In this document: piece after piece, positions 30,111 to 43,774 of the stretch
How positions within the stretch are numbered: the first letter of the stretch is position 1
Layout: the number at the start of each line of letters is the position of its first letter
Source of the DNA: Octopus sinensis
Lineage: Eukaryota
Assembly (NCBI RefSeq): GCF_006345805.1
Contig: NC_043009.1
Location: 38,626,001-38,690,000, forward strand
Direction: 5' to 3'
Length of the DNA stretch: 64,000 nucleotides
The notes under the pieces: generated by a model
The model's input: the letters and a program-made list of their open reading frames with translations, nothing else
The model's database searches: none
Told to the model about the DNA's origin: nothing
Translations under genes and position numbers: made by a program

Positions 30111-30574
30111 TATATACATTTATACATTTACATATTTATAAATATGGAGATAGGTAAAAAGAAAGCAGAAGTAAAATTTATCGTTTTGCTCTTCAGCTGT
30201 AAATCTGTCCATTATTCTTATATCTATTTCTTTTACTGGTTTCAATAATCTAAGCAAGGCCTCTATGTTGGAACACCGCCTTCACACGTTTTAGTCATTT
30301 ATATCGATCCCAGTACTTTCTGGGATTTTTATTTCGTCATTTGAAAAATATGCGTTGAAAAGTATACTTTAGAGTAAGGGGAGATCACTGTCTTAGATTT
30401 TTAATATCGCAGCATATTTCTATCCAAATGTACCGATTCATATCCATCGCTAACATACACACATGCTCTAACACACGCAAACACACACAAAACAAATAAA
30501 ACACGAGCGTATTATTGTTTGCGTTTTAACTTAGCGCAACACCAGCGTGTATAAAATCAGTAACGTTTATCAAC

Positions 30575-30616
<42 letters not shown>

Positions 30617-30974
30617 GCTGCTGATGATAGCGTGGTATGTATGCATAATTTCTCTACACGTCTTTCATAGGAACAGGAATAGGAATATGGATCTATAACC
30701 GAAGAGAAATTAAACATTACTTGTATGATTTTGTTTTTACATATGTTGCCTGTTTACCTATAATTACCTTTCATGAATCATATATACACATAGTTACACA
30801 CACGACTACTTTCTACGTAATTTATATGTTTTAGTTTAGCCCGAGCTGATGGGTAAGCACCGCGCTGTGGACCTGAACTTAGATTAAAGTGAACTACTTC
30901 ATGAAGCAGTAATACTTGTTCTAATGTAGCAGAAACAATAATAATAATTGTTATTGCAATGCAAATAGTGTTAA

Positions 30975-31890
30975 AGGTGGGGAGCTGGCAGAATCGTTAG
31001 CACGCCGTACGAAATGCGTAGCCGTATTTCGTCTGGCGTTACGTTCTGAGTTCAAATTCCGCCAAGGTCGACTTTGCCTTTCATCCTTTCGGGGTCGATT
31101 AAATAAGTACCAGTTACGCACTGGGGTCGATTTAATCGACTTAATCCATTTGTCTGTCCTTGTTTGTGGGTAGTAAAGAAATAAGTATTTCGTCTGCCGC
31201 TACGTTCTGAGTTCAAATTCCGCCAAGGTCGACTTTGCCATTCATCCTTTCGGGGTCGATAAATTAAGTACCAGTTACGCACTGAGGTCGATATAATCGA
31301 CTTAATCCGTTTGTCTGTCCTTGTTTGTGGGTAGTAAAGAAATAAGTATTTCGTCTGCCGCTACGTTCTGAGTTCAAATTCCGCCAAGGTCGACTTTGCC
31401 TTTCGTCCTTTCGGGGTCGATAAATTAAGTACCAGTTACGCACTGGGGTCGATATAATCGACTTAATCCGTTTGTCTGTCCTTGTTTGTCCTCTCTGTGT
31501 TTAGCCCCTTGTGGGCAGTAAAGAAATAGGTATTTCGTCTGCCGCTACGTTCTGAGTTCGAATTCCGCCGAGGTCGACTTTGCCGTCGACTTTGCCTTTC
31601 ATCCTTTCTGGGCCGATTAAATAAGTACCAGTTACGCACTGGTGTCGATATACTCAATTTAATCCGTTTGTCTGACCTTGTTTGTCCCTCCTGTGTTTAG
31701 CCCATTGTGGGTAGTAAAGAAATAGGTATTTCGTCTGTCTTTATGTTTGAGTTCAAATTCCGCCGAGATCGACTTTGCCTTTCATCCTTTCGGGGTTGAT
31801 AAATTAAGTAACAGTTGCGTACTTAGTCGATCTAATCGACTGGCTCCTTCCAATAAATTTCGGGCCTTGTGTCTAGAGTAGAAAAGAATA
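30975..31890 (+). mobile_element. SINE family A concatemer: one head plus five body units
   Basis: Motif gtatttcgtc recurs at 31024, 31185, 31346, 31530 and 31726 (periods 161, 161, 184, 196). Confidence 0.9.
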
Positions 31891-33520
31891 CAGATAGTAT
31901 TAAAATGAAAAATTTTAATGTACGTCTATGAGCGTGTGTGTGTGTGTGTGTGTACCTGTGTACGCATATATGTACACACACATGCACGTGCGCGCACGCA
32001 CACACATACACACATGCATAAACGTATAAACAGATACTACTAATAAGTATCTATATAAGATTAGATCATATCATACAAAAATTACTTTTCGCCGTAAATC
32101 CGAATTTAGCACAAAAGGAAGATATTTAAAATACGTAAAAACCGTTTACGGAACAGTTAACTTGATTGGATTAGTAGGATTAATTATAAGATTAATTACA
32201 CTAATCAATCGAGAATGATTCCACAATTAAGCCAAGCCGATAGAATAAGGTTAAATCTCGTTGTATACACGCTAATAAATGTAGTCTTAATGAATATACT
32301 GTATGAAATGAAAATGGTTCAGACGTAATTAATGTATTTCGCGCTTGATGTGTTTGTAAACCCGTTGGATTGAGTGCACCGGATTGACTGCGCCTGTTCT
32401 TAGGTTGTAAGCTTAAAGGAACACCTCTTTTGTTGTTCGAATATGGTTCGTGAGTATTTTCGGAGAGGTTCACGCTACTTCTAGCAATGAGGTTTGCTGC
32501 GAAGATATCCCGATAATTCGATGTGCTGCATATTACTACAACACATTATTTGACCTGGTTTCTCCCCGCCGATTTCGGAGTCTCTGATCTCTTCCTCCAC
32601 TCACTAAGCCATAAACAAAAACCACGTGGTTTTTTTGCTTTTTATACTCAAAGAGAGGCAGATACATTACTTCTATGACAATACGTACATATACTTACAT
32701 ATGTATGCGTACACACATACGAACGCACATGCGCACGCGCACACATACAGGCATACACACAGATATATATACACACACATATGTATATATATATACACGA
32801 ACATACACGACCGTTTATTTCAACTATGAGATCATTTCACTATTTTATGGAATTTGTTGTTGACTAAACACTGCTAAGTATGTAAATATAGAGAGAATTA
32901 GATAGATGAATTGACAGACATGTAGATAGAGTGATAGATAAAATAGGTGTGTAGATAGAGAGACAGATAGAGAGACATGTAGCGAGAGAACTATGTAGAT
33001 AGAGAGGTAAACTGACAGAGAGGTTAATTAGCTGATAGTTATAGAAAATATCTACGTGCTCATCTATTATTGAATTACCTTTGAACTAGAAATAATTATA
33101 CTGACAAATGTTGGTAGTTAGATAGGTAGATTGACAGATTGACAGATAGCTTAAGTCGATAGCCAGATAAATAGAAAGATATAGAAACAGATAGATGTTT
33201 GGTAGGTAGATGCATAGGCTGAGAGGAATAGAAAATAATGAAATAGCTTCCGTTTACAGACACAGGTAAACACGTATACACACAATGCATATTACAGCTT
33301 CTACATACTCACATTATAATAATTTTCTTACATGCAACTACATACATTGATACACAGTTTCCTTCCAAAACACACGTTCACTTTCATTTTCAACACATTT
33401 ATTGTCTACATATAAGAACATGGCAACATTTTGACATACATAGACAAACTCATAGAAATATATATATCATTTTGTATGATTGATTGATTTAAGTATGTTT
33501 CTCCATTTTCTCATTTTGTA

Positions 33521-33589
<69 letters not shown>

Positions 33590-33598
33590 TATATATTA

Positions 33599-33629
<31 letters not shown>

Positions 33630-34046
33630 ATAACATCTATACATATACTTTGACTTTCTTCAAATACAGACATGTATAATGCTTCTATACAAATGAACAA
33701 AGGCATACGCATACGCTCTTTACAATTATACTCAGGTACGCAGTCACAATCACATCACAATACGTTTTCCTTTTACCTGCTATTGATTATGCTCACATCC
33801 ATCCAAACATACAAAATGCACGGTATATCATATATTTTGATCTGAGACGTTTTGGGAAAGATAAATGTGAAGTTGTGACATTCTTTATTTTCTCACTAGA
33901 ATTAGTTACAAAAATGATTTTCTTTTAAAATAAAAGCTAAATCCAGGCTATAGCAATTCCTGATCAATTTCTCGCTCTTTGTGCCATTCCACATTAATGC
34001 TAATATGCACACATACTTACATATGCATACATACATATATACATCA

Positions 34047-34101
<55 letters not shown>

Positions 34102-34157
34102 CGGAGATGTACTCGCATAGCAAGTGATTTGATCTGAGATCGTGTGCTGAAACGAAA

Positions 34158-34291
34158 ACAATTGCAGCGTGGAAGGTGTTGTAAGCCATTTAAGAAACAC
34201 ACAAAAGCCGTTCGATTCACTTCAACATTTAATCGAACGGCTTTTGTGTGTTTCTTAAATGGCTTACAAACACCTTCCACGCTGCAATTGT
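34158..34291. repeat. 60-bp near-perfect hairpin with 13-nt loop inside an interspersed repeat
   Basis: Arms 34158-34217 and 34231-34291 differ by a single-base indel. Downstream sequence (cagatgttgctacacatcgctgg) recurs inverted near 49900-49935. Confidence 0.88.
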
Positions 34292-34499
34292 ATATACTGA
34301 CCGACCAGGCTATCAGATGTTGCTACACATCGCTGGAGCACCGCCTTAAAGGGTTTTTAGTCGAGGCAATCGACTCCAGGACTTACGCTTTGTAAACCTA
34401 GTACTTTTTCTATCGGTCTATTTCGCAGAACCGCTAAGTCATGAGAACGTAAACACACGAACATCGGTTGTTACGCGAGGTGACAAACACACACACATA

Positions 34500-34611
<112 letters not shown>

Positions 34612-35104
34612 ACTCCTCCGGCGAAGGCGACGTTTGAATGTTCAGTGTTTCCTGAACGACCTGCACAAACGCTTTGTTTATAGCGATCAAATGTATGTGT
34701 TGTACATAGTCTCACTCCATCAAATTCACGTTGCTTCTGCAGCTGCACAGGTCAGATGTTGAGATAATCGGAAAGCAACGTGAAATGAAGTATTTTGCTT
34801 AAAAAAAACAAAGCACCTTTCCGTCCGGGAATCGAACTTATGATCAAGTGCGACACCTAAACAGCAACGCTACGCATCGACACACCGCAACACACGCATG
34901 AATACACACACAGACACACATACTCACACACGCACGCACACACGCACACACGCTCACACTTGCACATTGGCTCTGGCCCAGTTTCACTTAGCTCCTTCGG
35001 TTATTATGTTCCCTAAAGTTTCGTGGGCGTGAATAAATACGCGACCAGGTCCTCGGACATCTGGAGACAAAGTGGTACTTCCGTTCCTTTGTTCATTGAG
35101 TAGC

Positions 35105-35372
35105 ATACATACATACATACATACATACATACATACATACATACATACATACATACATGCATACATGCATACATACATACATACATACATACATACATAC
35201 ATACATACATACATGCATACATGCATACATACATACATACATACATACATACAAACAAACATATGCACATACAAATACTTATGTGTATATGTACGTATGT
35301 ATGAGCGTATTTGTATACATAAGTATCTCTCTCCATATACACACAAACACATTTCTATATCTCTTTTCACCC

Positions 35373-35423
<51 letters not shown>

Positions 35424-35465
35424 AATCAATCTGTCTGTCTGTCTGTCTTCCTGTCTGTCTATCTG

Positions 35466-35522
<57 letters not shown>

Positions 35523-35551
35523 GTATCTATCTATCTATCTATCTGTCTGTA

Positions 35552-35620
<69 letters not shown>

Positions 35621-35622
35621 CT
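35105..35622. repeat. (CATA)n plus (TATC)n arrays
   Basis: Direct reading. Confidence 0.95.
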
Positions 35623-36129
35623 CTATAAATAGTTGTAAACTTTGTGAATTATGATAATAAATCGAAAGTTTATAAGGCGTTAGCAATGCAGCTTTCAAAC
35701 GAAAAAAAAAACAAAAACAAAGAATTTATTCCTCTCTTAACAATATCTCGCTCATAAAAGACCTTTCACATGTAACAAATAAAAGAATAAAAATCACCGT
35801 TGAAATATAAACGAAATAGCTTCGACGAGGTCAAAATTTTGCCAAAAGAGTTTAATGCATTCGTGCTCGGAATATTTATGCTCCTCGCTTGGTAGTCTGT
35901 GTCATTAGCTTAACAGTTCAGCTATACGCAATTCGAACCCGTTTCACTTCGGTTCTCACAGTAATGCTATGTAACTGTGTTACGAGTAGTATATATATAT
36001 ATATATAAGTGTGTGTGCGTAGGTGTGTGTGTGTGTTTATTTTTATTTATTTTATTTTATTTTATCTAGTTTCAGCTCACGAGCTGTGGCCATGCTGGGG
36101 CACCGCCATTCGTGTGTGTATTCTTTTAT

Positions 36130-36530
36130 ACTTTTATTTGTTTCAGTCATTTGACTGCGGCCATGCTGGAGTACCGCCTTTAGTCGAACAAAAATCGACC
36201 CCAGGACTTATTCTTTGTAAGCCTAGTACTTATATTATCGATTTCTTTTGCCGAACCGCTAAGTTACGGGCACGTAAACACACCAGCATCGGTTGTCAAG
36301 CGATAGTGGGGAGACAGAGACAAAGAAACACACAAGCACCCCCCATATATATATATATATATATACATGCGACGGGCTTCTTTCAGTTTCCGCCTACCAA
36401 ATACAGTCACAAGGCTTTGGTTGGCTCGAGGCTATAGTAGAAGACACTTACCCAAGGTGCCATGCAGTGGGACTGAACCCAGAACAATGTGCTTGGTAAG
36501 CAAGCTCTTTACCATACAGCCACTCCTGCG
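36130..36530. mobile_element. Repeat family F (gcggccatgctggag...aagcctagtacttatt) followed by SINE family D on the minus strand
   Basis: The same F+D arrangement recurs at 50385-50785 and 52700-53095; solo F copies at 34340-34500 and 44755-44940. Confidence 0.75.
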
Positions 36531-36907
36531 CCTATATATAACACAATCTTATTTAAAAGGCTAAAAAGAAACAAGAAAAACAAGAAAGCCATTGCATTCT
36601 CCACAGCTTAGAAGCTTTCTGTTCAATATACTGACGTGCGCGCACTTGCTGACACATTCACAAGAGATAAGATGCAAGTTACCTTTTGATAGGCTTGAAC
36701 TGAGAACTGTGCTGTAAGCCATGGCACCATTTGTTAATTATCTCTCTGCAATCAATTTGCTGTGCAAATGTTTAACTGATTTGTTGCAACCTACGTGATG
36801 TCTTTTAAAACTGAAGATACTAATTTCTCTAATTTTGTCGAAGCATATACAGTTGATACATGCGTATAGGGTTTGCTATCAGCAAACATTGCACCTGCAC
36901 AAAGAAA

Positions 36908-36953
<46 letters not shown>

Positions 36954-36984
36954 GTGTGTGTGTGTGTGTGTGTGTGTGGTGTGG

Positions 36985-37510
36985 ATGCGCGTGGCTTAGT
37001 GGTTAGGGTGTCAGCACCATGATCGTAAGATTGTGGTTTCGATTCCTGGATCGGGTGACGCGTTGTGTTCTTGAGCAAAACACTTCATTTCACGTTGCTC
37101 CAGTCCACTCAGCTGGCAAAAATGGGTAACACTGCGATGGACTGGCGTCCGGTCCAGCTGGGGAACACATACGCCATAGAAACCAGGAACCGGGCCCATG
37201 AGCCTGGCCAGGTTTTAAAAGGGCGCAAAAATATATCAGTGTGTGTGTGTGCGTGTGTGTGGATGCGCGTGGCTTAGTGGTTAGGGTGTCAGCACCATGA
37301 TCGTCAGATTGTGGTTTCGATTCCTGGACCGGGTGATGCGTTGTGTTCTTGAGCAAAACACTTCATTTCACGTTGCTCCAGTACACTCAGCTGGCAAAAA
37401 TGGGTAACACTGCGATGGACTGGCGTCCGGTCCAGCTGGGGAACACATACGCCATAGAAACCAGGAAACCGGGCCCATGAGCCTGGCCAGGTTTTAAAAG
37501 GGCGCAAAAA
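36985..37510 (+). mobile_element. Two tandem full-length SINE family B copies (~278-bp period)
   Basis: Near-identical copies separated by a short (TG)n tract. Confidence 0.88.
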
Positions 37511-38103
37511 ATATATTAGTGTGTGTGTGTGTGTGTGTGTGTATTTGTGCGTCTGTGTGTGTAAGTGGGTGTGTGCGCGCGCGTATATGTATAAGGTGCA
37601 TCAATGTCTGTGTGACAAGAAGCTTGCTTCCCAACTTCGTGGTTCCAGGTTCAATCTCATTGCGCGCTATCTTGGATCGGTGACTTCTATTATAGCCTTG
37701 GGCCGACCAAAGCCTTGTGAGTGGATTTGGTAGATGGAAACTGGAAGAAGCAATTTTTTAACCTCAAAAGGACATCTTCTCCAGCTGGTTAACGATGCAT
37801 AGCTGTATCCGAAATATTGCGAGCAAGGGAGCGAACCCCTACCACCATCTAGCGACGGGACCAACAGACCAGCACACCAGATTGGTTTCGGCGTATTTCT
37901 GCCTGTCTTCAGTACTGGATACCTCGTCTGCTTGAGATAATTTTTTTTTATTACGGTAAGTATTATCATATATAGAGGGGACAAAACAGGACAATACAAA
38001 CAATTATCGTTATTGTGAGTTCGAATGATAGCTAGGTTTATGAGTTTATGAAGGAGACAGTATAAGTACGTTTAGTCTTTATGGAGGTTGTGGGTAGAAA
38101 GGT

Positions 38104-38139
<36 letters not shown>

Positions 38140-38372
38140 CACATAATTGTAATAATGGCTTCACCTTTTGGCACAAGACCAGTAATTTAGGGGGAGGGGG
38201 AGAAATCGATTACATCGACCACAGTACAAAAATTATTTTAATGACCTCGAAATGATGAAAGACAGATTCAACCTCGGCGGAATGTGAACATAAAGACGAA
38301 TGAAATGACGTAAAGCATTTTGCCCAGCATACCTAACGATCCTGCCAGCTTATATATATATATATAACAGCA

Positions 38373-38795
38373 ATGGCGCGGGCTGGCAGAAACGTTAGCA
38401 CGCCGGGCGAAATGCTTATCGGTGTTTCGTCTGACTACGTTCTGAGTTCAAATTCCGCCGAGGTCGACTTTGCCTTTCATCCTTTCGGGGTCGATAAATT
38501 AAGTACCAGTTGCGCACTGGGGACGATGTAATCGACTTAATCCGTTTGTCTGTCCTTGTTTGTCCTCTCTATGTTTAGTCCCTTGTGGGAAATAAAGAAA
38601 TAAGAAACGTTAGCATGCCGGGCGAAATGCTTAGCGATATTTCGTCTGGCTTTACGTTCTGAGTTCAAATTCCGCCGAGGTCGACTTTGCCTTTCATCTT
38701 TTCGGGGTCGATAAATTAAGTACCAGTTGCCCACTGGGGTCGATTTAATCGACAGTAACCCCCGCAAATTTTGGGCCTTGTGCCTAGAGTAGAAA
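38373..38795 (+). mobile_element. SINE family A dimer
   Basis: Two units sharing the core. Confidence 0.85.
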
Positions 38796-38821
38796 ATATA
38801 TAGCAGCAATAATAAAAGAAT

Positions 38822-38853
<32 letters not shown>

Positions 38854-38989
38854 ACACACTCACGCACGCACAATAACATGCATAATCTTTCTTAATACAT
38901 CCTAGCACGTTTCAGCGTGATCATGCTAGTCACTGTTGCATTTCGTCATTGGAGAACTTTTCCTTTCATACGAATGCGTATTCATAACG

Positions 38990-39043
38990 AAACAACAACA
39001 ACTACTACTATTACTACTACTACTGCTGCTGCTGCTACTACTA

Positions 39044-39101
<58 letters not shown>

Positions 39102-39108
39102 CGCTGCA

Positions 39109-39145
<37 letters not shown>

Positions 39146-39217
39146 TTACTACTACCACTTCTACTATCACTACAACAACTGGAAATTACAACTGCTGCTC
39201 CAGCAATAATATCAAGA

Positions 39218-39249
<32 letters not shown>

Positions 39250-39340
39250 AGCCACCAGCACCACCACCACCACCACCACCACCGCTGGCGCCGTCGCTTC
39301 TGCTGCTGCTGCAACTGCTGCTGCTGCTGCTGCTCCACCT
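38990..39340. repeat. Compound trinucleotide tract (ACA/ACT/GCT/ACC)n
   Basis: Direct reading; the poly-T/A/L/S ORFs here are by-products. Confidence 0.9.
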
Positions 39341-40222
39341 GCAATGTTGAAGTTTTGCTATTTGTGTCAGCTTAATTGGACTGTGAATCTCACAAGTTCA
39401 TTAGTGAAGTGATTAGTAACTGTACGTTATCCAAGCATCAGAAATTAATTTTCCCTAGTTGTTGTTGTTATTGTTGTTGTTATTGCTTTTGTTGCTAGCC
39501 ACGGCCTCTGATCGCGTTGATTTGGTTAATATTTTTGTTGTGAAAAAAAGTTAAACATCAACCGATGCTAACTAAGCGCTATTTTCTAAACTCTAAGTGT
39601 TTCTGATTAGAAATTAATTTGGGACAAAAACAAAACATTTAGTCGGCAACGCCATACAATTAGACATTTCTTCTGTTACTATTTATATTTAGCCTATTTA
39701 ATTGTTCTCTTTCTCTAATATAATTCCCAATTTGTGATTAGTGATGCGTTGAAAAGGATAATCATGATTTGAAGCAATCGCATGTGACATAATCAATACC
39801 GTGAAAGTTTAAATAACTAGTGACTTCTAAGCTTACTTGATAACCTTCCCATTTAGCTAGATTAGCAAATTAAACAATTTGCGTACGATAAATTAACAAA
39901 CTCAGTATTAACAGGCGGAGTTTGATTGCTCATGGTAAATACTGGACATAAATCAGAACGCTGAATCCTGGTGAGCCGTAACTGTCACGGCCATCTGTTG
40001 TACTTACAACTGATCACATCTCTCAGTATTTGAATTTAATAGTCTTTGGTAGACGTGTTCACTTGCCAAGATAGTAACAATTGTTACAATCTGCGTGGTA
40101 AGTAGTCCACTTCACTACAATCACATAGTTCCGGGTTCAAGTCTCACTGCTGGCTATTTCGGCAATTGTCTTCTACTACTTCTCTGGCCGTCCAAAGCCT
40201 TGTGAGTGGATTTGGTAGACGG

Positions 40223-40623
40223 GGTCACCTTGAGAGAGAATTAGAAATAATGATATTTATACTTTTGAAAACCAGTGGATGTATTCCACTGAATTTAGGT
40301 AAATAATCTTTCGAACAGTCGGTCAGCAGCGAAGCCTGCTGGGTTCGGCTACTCTACACTGATAAGAGGCAAACACCTCGAAACTAGTCTGTGGTTGCCA
40401 GACCAGCAAGGGGAAGCTGCTGACCGCCACTGTTCGAAGGTTATAACGCACGTAGGTTTGTGTGTCACATAACTAGCTAGAGGCGATGGCTTCTTAGAGC
40501 TAATCAACGGCAGCATTCGTCCTATTTTTCTGGATTGCCATGTTAGCTTGGCGCGATGTCTATTAATATCCAGTACCGTTGCCGTAGTCTCCTTTAGAGA
40601 AGTTTAGAAATAATGATATTTTT
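40223..40623 (+). mobile_element. Retrozyme-like insert, ~1.1 monomers (363-nt period), containing a type I hammerhead
   Basis: Terminal direct repeats 40223-40258 and 40586-40621 (30/36 identical), no ORF, HHR at 40354-40394. Confidence 0.65.
40354..40394 (+). ncRNA. Type I hammerhead ribozyme, G8A core variant (probably inactive copy)
   Basis: CTACA-CTGATAA-GAGG caaaca CCTC-GAAA-CTAG-TC-TGTGG. Stem I 5 bp with one G.U, stem II 4 bp, palindromic ACTAGT for stem III, GUC triplet. Confidence 0.75.
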
Positions 40624-40646
40624 AAACTGAAAGAACTCGTCGTATA

Positions 40647-40700
<54 letters not shown>

Positions 40701-40994
40701 AAGATATATGCGTGTGTGATGTACGTGTATGTTTGTGCGAGACTTTATTCCTAGATTTGTGCCCTCCATCTCTTGACAATCGATATTGTTTACATCCCCA
40801 TAACATTAACGCTTCGGTAAAAAGTGATCGATATAATAAGTGCCAGACTTTAAAAAAAAAAGTAATGGGATCGATTTGTTAGACCAAACCATTCAAGGCG
40901 ATGTCCCAGCATTACCGCAGTCCAATGGCTGAAACAAGTAAAAGGAAATTTTGTATTTTGCCAAAACGCTACACGAGTAATAGACAACAACAGT

Positions 40995-41180
40995 GGAAGC
41001 CCAACGGCCTAGTGGTTAGGGCAGCGGACTCGTGGTCGTAAGAACACGGTTTCGATTCCCACACCGGGCAATGTGAGCGTTTATTGTGTAAATCATCTAG
41101 GCTCCACGAGCCTCCGGGGGGGGGGGGTGAACCTCGCTATACTATTTCACCACAACTTTCTCTCACTCTTTCTTCATACT
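40995..41180 (+). mobile_element. tRNA-headed SINE family E (partial)
   Basis: Alignable to the minus-strand copy at 43775-44070. Confidence 0.75.
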
Positions 41181-42410
41181 TCTGCCACAACGCAGAGGAA
41201 CCATGGTGTAACCCACTATGGGGTGTAAACTTTCGACCTTAGTCTAGATTGCGAATCCTCTGTACCCCAGGATGGTTCAGCTCCCCACCAAGTTAAACGC
41301 CACCGTTTACGGAATGGGGATAACAACGTAGCTTTTGCGCCCGTGCAATCGCCAGTCTATCGCGTGGGGTGGGTGGATCTTCAAGTTGCCACACGCATTC
41401 TTAGTAGCTTAGAGTAGGCTCGAATTAGAGATTATTCTTTGTGGCTAATGGCGTGAGTCCTGATTGAAAGAAGACAACAACATAAACCTAGAACTTTTGA
41501 TGGAAAACTGTAACTTGTATTTCGCAAGTTTAAGGCGGAAACGTTAAGTACGTCGGGCAAAATGGTTAGTGGTATTTAGCCCGTCTTCCCGACCTAAATT
41601 CAAATTCCGCCGAGGTCGACTTTGCCTTTCATCATTTCGGGGGGGGGGCATAAATTAAGTACCAGTTAAACACTGGGGTCGAAGTTTCTAGCTTTGTGTC
41701 AAAAATTTAAAATCAATATATCGCAAGTTTTATTGTTGAGGATTGATAAAAGCTACATTGCTATTCAAATTCAAGGTCCGTTCCTTGTTTGTTATTATTT
41801 CAGTGCATTTATGATTCCGATGACCTTGTCGCATGTGATAAGCATTCAACTTTAAATAATCTGCATTACTTTAATCTTTTGTTGTCAGTTATGTTTGAAA
41901 CTTTTAATTGATAATCTGGTAATCCTAATTATCCTTCACATTAAAAACAAATATTGCTATGTGGTTAGAAGGCTCGCTTTGCAAACATGTGGTTTCGGGA
42001 TTAGTCCTACAACATGGCACTCTGAGCCGATCAATGCCTTGAGAGAGAATTTGGTAGATGGAAACTGTATGGAAGCCTGCTGTACGCATGTATGTGTGTG
42101 TTTGTGCGTATATGTGTGTTTGTGCGTATATGTGTGTGAGCGTTTGAGCTTTTGTGTTCGTATATCTTTGCGTCTGTGTTTGTCGCAAACACCGCCTGAC
42201 AACCAGTGCTGTTTTATTTAGGTACCCCTAAAATAAGCAGCAGGCTTGAAAAATAAGTACTCGGATGCATTTGGTAAACTAAGCCCTTCAAGGCAAGTAA
42301 GGTGGTGTTGCATCTTGGTCATAGTCCAGTGACAGAAACAATTAAAAGGTGAAAGATATAGGCGTGCTGTGTGGTAAGAAGCTTGCTTCCCGACCACATA
42401 TATATATATA

Positions 42411-42793
42411 CTAGCAGTATCGCCCGGCGTTGCTCAGGTTTGTAAGGGAAATAACTATAAAGCATTTTTAGAGAGTTGTAGCCAAAAAATAGCAAAAAAA
42501 TGGAAAAAAAATGATGGTAAATTTTTTTGAGAGTTAAAAAAGGTGGAGTTGCGTCCCCTAGACGGTCTGTGGTTTGGGTTTCTGATTCTCGACCCCATGT
42601 CGAATTTATCGATTTTTTTCAGAACTGGGGGAACTTTTCAAAATTTTCGCTGCGTTAGTTTTGAATTATGACATTGGGCTATGTGTGTGTCAAGTTTCAT
42701 CAGAATCGGTTGAAAGCCGTGGTCAGAGTGAGGGTACGAGAAAACAGACACACAGAAAACGCACAGACAAACTGCCGTTTATATATAGAGAGA
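42411..42793 (-). mobile_element. Non-autonomous Helitron-type element
   Basis: Minus strand starts TC and ends CTAG, has a subterminal GC-rich imperfect palindrome (cctgagcaacgccggg), and lies between A and T. Confidence 0.75.
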
Positions 42794-43774
42794 TATTGAG
42801 ACTCCCTTCGATTATGACTGACCGTGGGATTGCACCTAGAAAGTTACCCTCCCAGGTACAAGTCCTGGCAAGGTTGTTTATGGAAGACCAGCAGTCGCCC
42901 ATGCCAACCGGCCTCCCCTCTCCAGGCCACAAGTGTTATCCAAGGGAAAGGCAACATATATGCGTAAGTGTGTGTGTGTGTGTCTTTGTGTCTGTGATTG
43001 TACCCCCATTATCACTTGACAACCGATGGTGGTGTGTTTACGTCCTCGTAACTAGCGGTTCGGCAAAGAGACCAATAAAATAAATAGTACGCTTAAAAAT
43101 TAGTCTCGGGGTCGAATCGTTCGACAAAATCACTTGAAGGTGGTGCTCCAGCATGGCCACAGTCAAATCACTGAAACAAGTAAAAGAATGAATATACAGA
43201 GAAGTGAAATATTTTCGAAATTGCTAAACCACTTGAATAAATAACGGTTATAACTGAATGATTCACCACATTAAATAACCGGTATTTTTTAAAAGGTAGT
43301 ATTGGAACGAATGATACTTTCTATTATAGGCACAATGCCTGAAATTTATGATAATCGATTACATTGACCTCGGTACTTGGGGAGTACTTATTTTATCGAC
43401 CCCCTATGGGTGAAAGGCAAGATCGACCTCGGCAGAAATGCAGCTCTGAATGTAAAGATGGACGAAATGCCGTTGAGCATTTTTGCCGGTGTGCTAACGA
43501 TTGTGTCAGCATGCCGCCTTAGCATTGGAACAAATAATCCTTTCCTTTCTACAACATAGCATGAAATTTGAGAGGGTAGAGGACTAGTCGAATACATCTA
43601 TCTTAGTACTTAATTTATCGACCCCGAAAGGGTGGAATGAAAAAATCGGCCTCGGTGTAATTTCAACTCAGAACGTAAAGACAAAATACCGCTAAGTATT
43701 TTAGCCGGTCTGCTAACGATTATGCAAGCATGCCGCCATAGTATTGGAACATTTTTTTTATTCATGCACCCTTT

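Larger units (their letters stand above)
40090..40645 (+). mobile_element. SINE family D split by a 401-bp insertion
   Basis: Other D copies read ggatttggtagacgg|aaactgaaagaagcccgtcg. Here gtagacgg ends at 40222 and aaactgaaagaactcgtcg resumes at 40624. Confidence 0.85.

Noticed and set aside
36985-37070. tRNA gene (also considered at 41000-41065 and 44000-44070)
   Set aside because: A/B-box-like heads run into shared SINE bodies and lack a complete cloverleaf.
37877-37918. Minus-strand CTGAAGA-ca-GGC..GCC-GAAAC-CAATC motif as an active ribozyme
   Set aside because: Stem III mismatch and disrupted stem I; kept only as a decayed relative of the 61484 family.
40005-40092. Possible minus-strand 83-nt exon ending in GTAAGT
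   Set aside because: The acceptor lies in a SINE head and the peptide is unrecognisable; needs transcript evidence.
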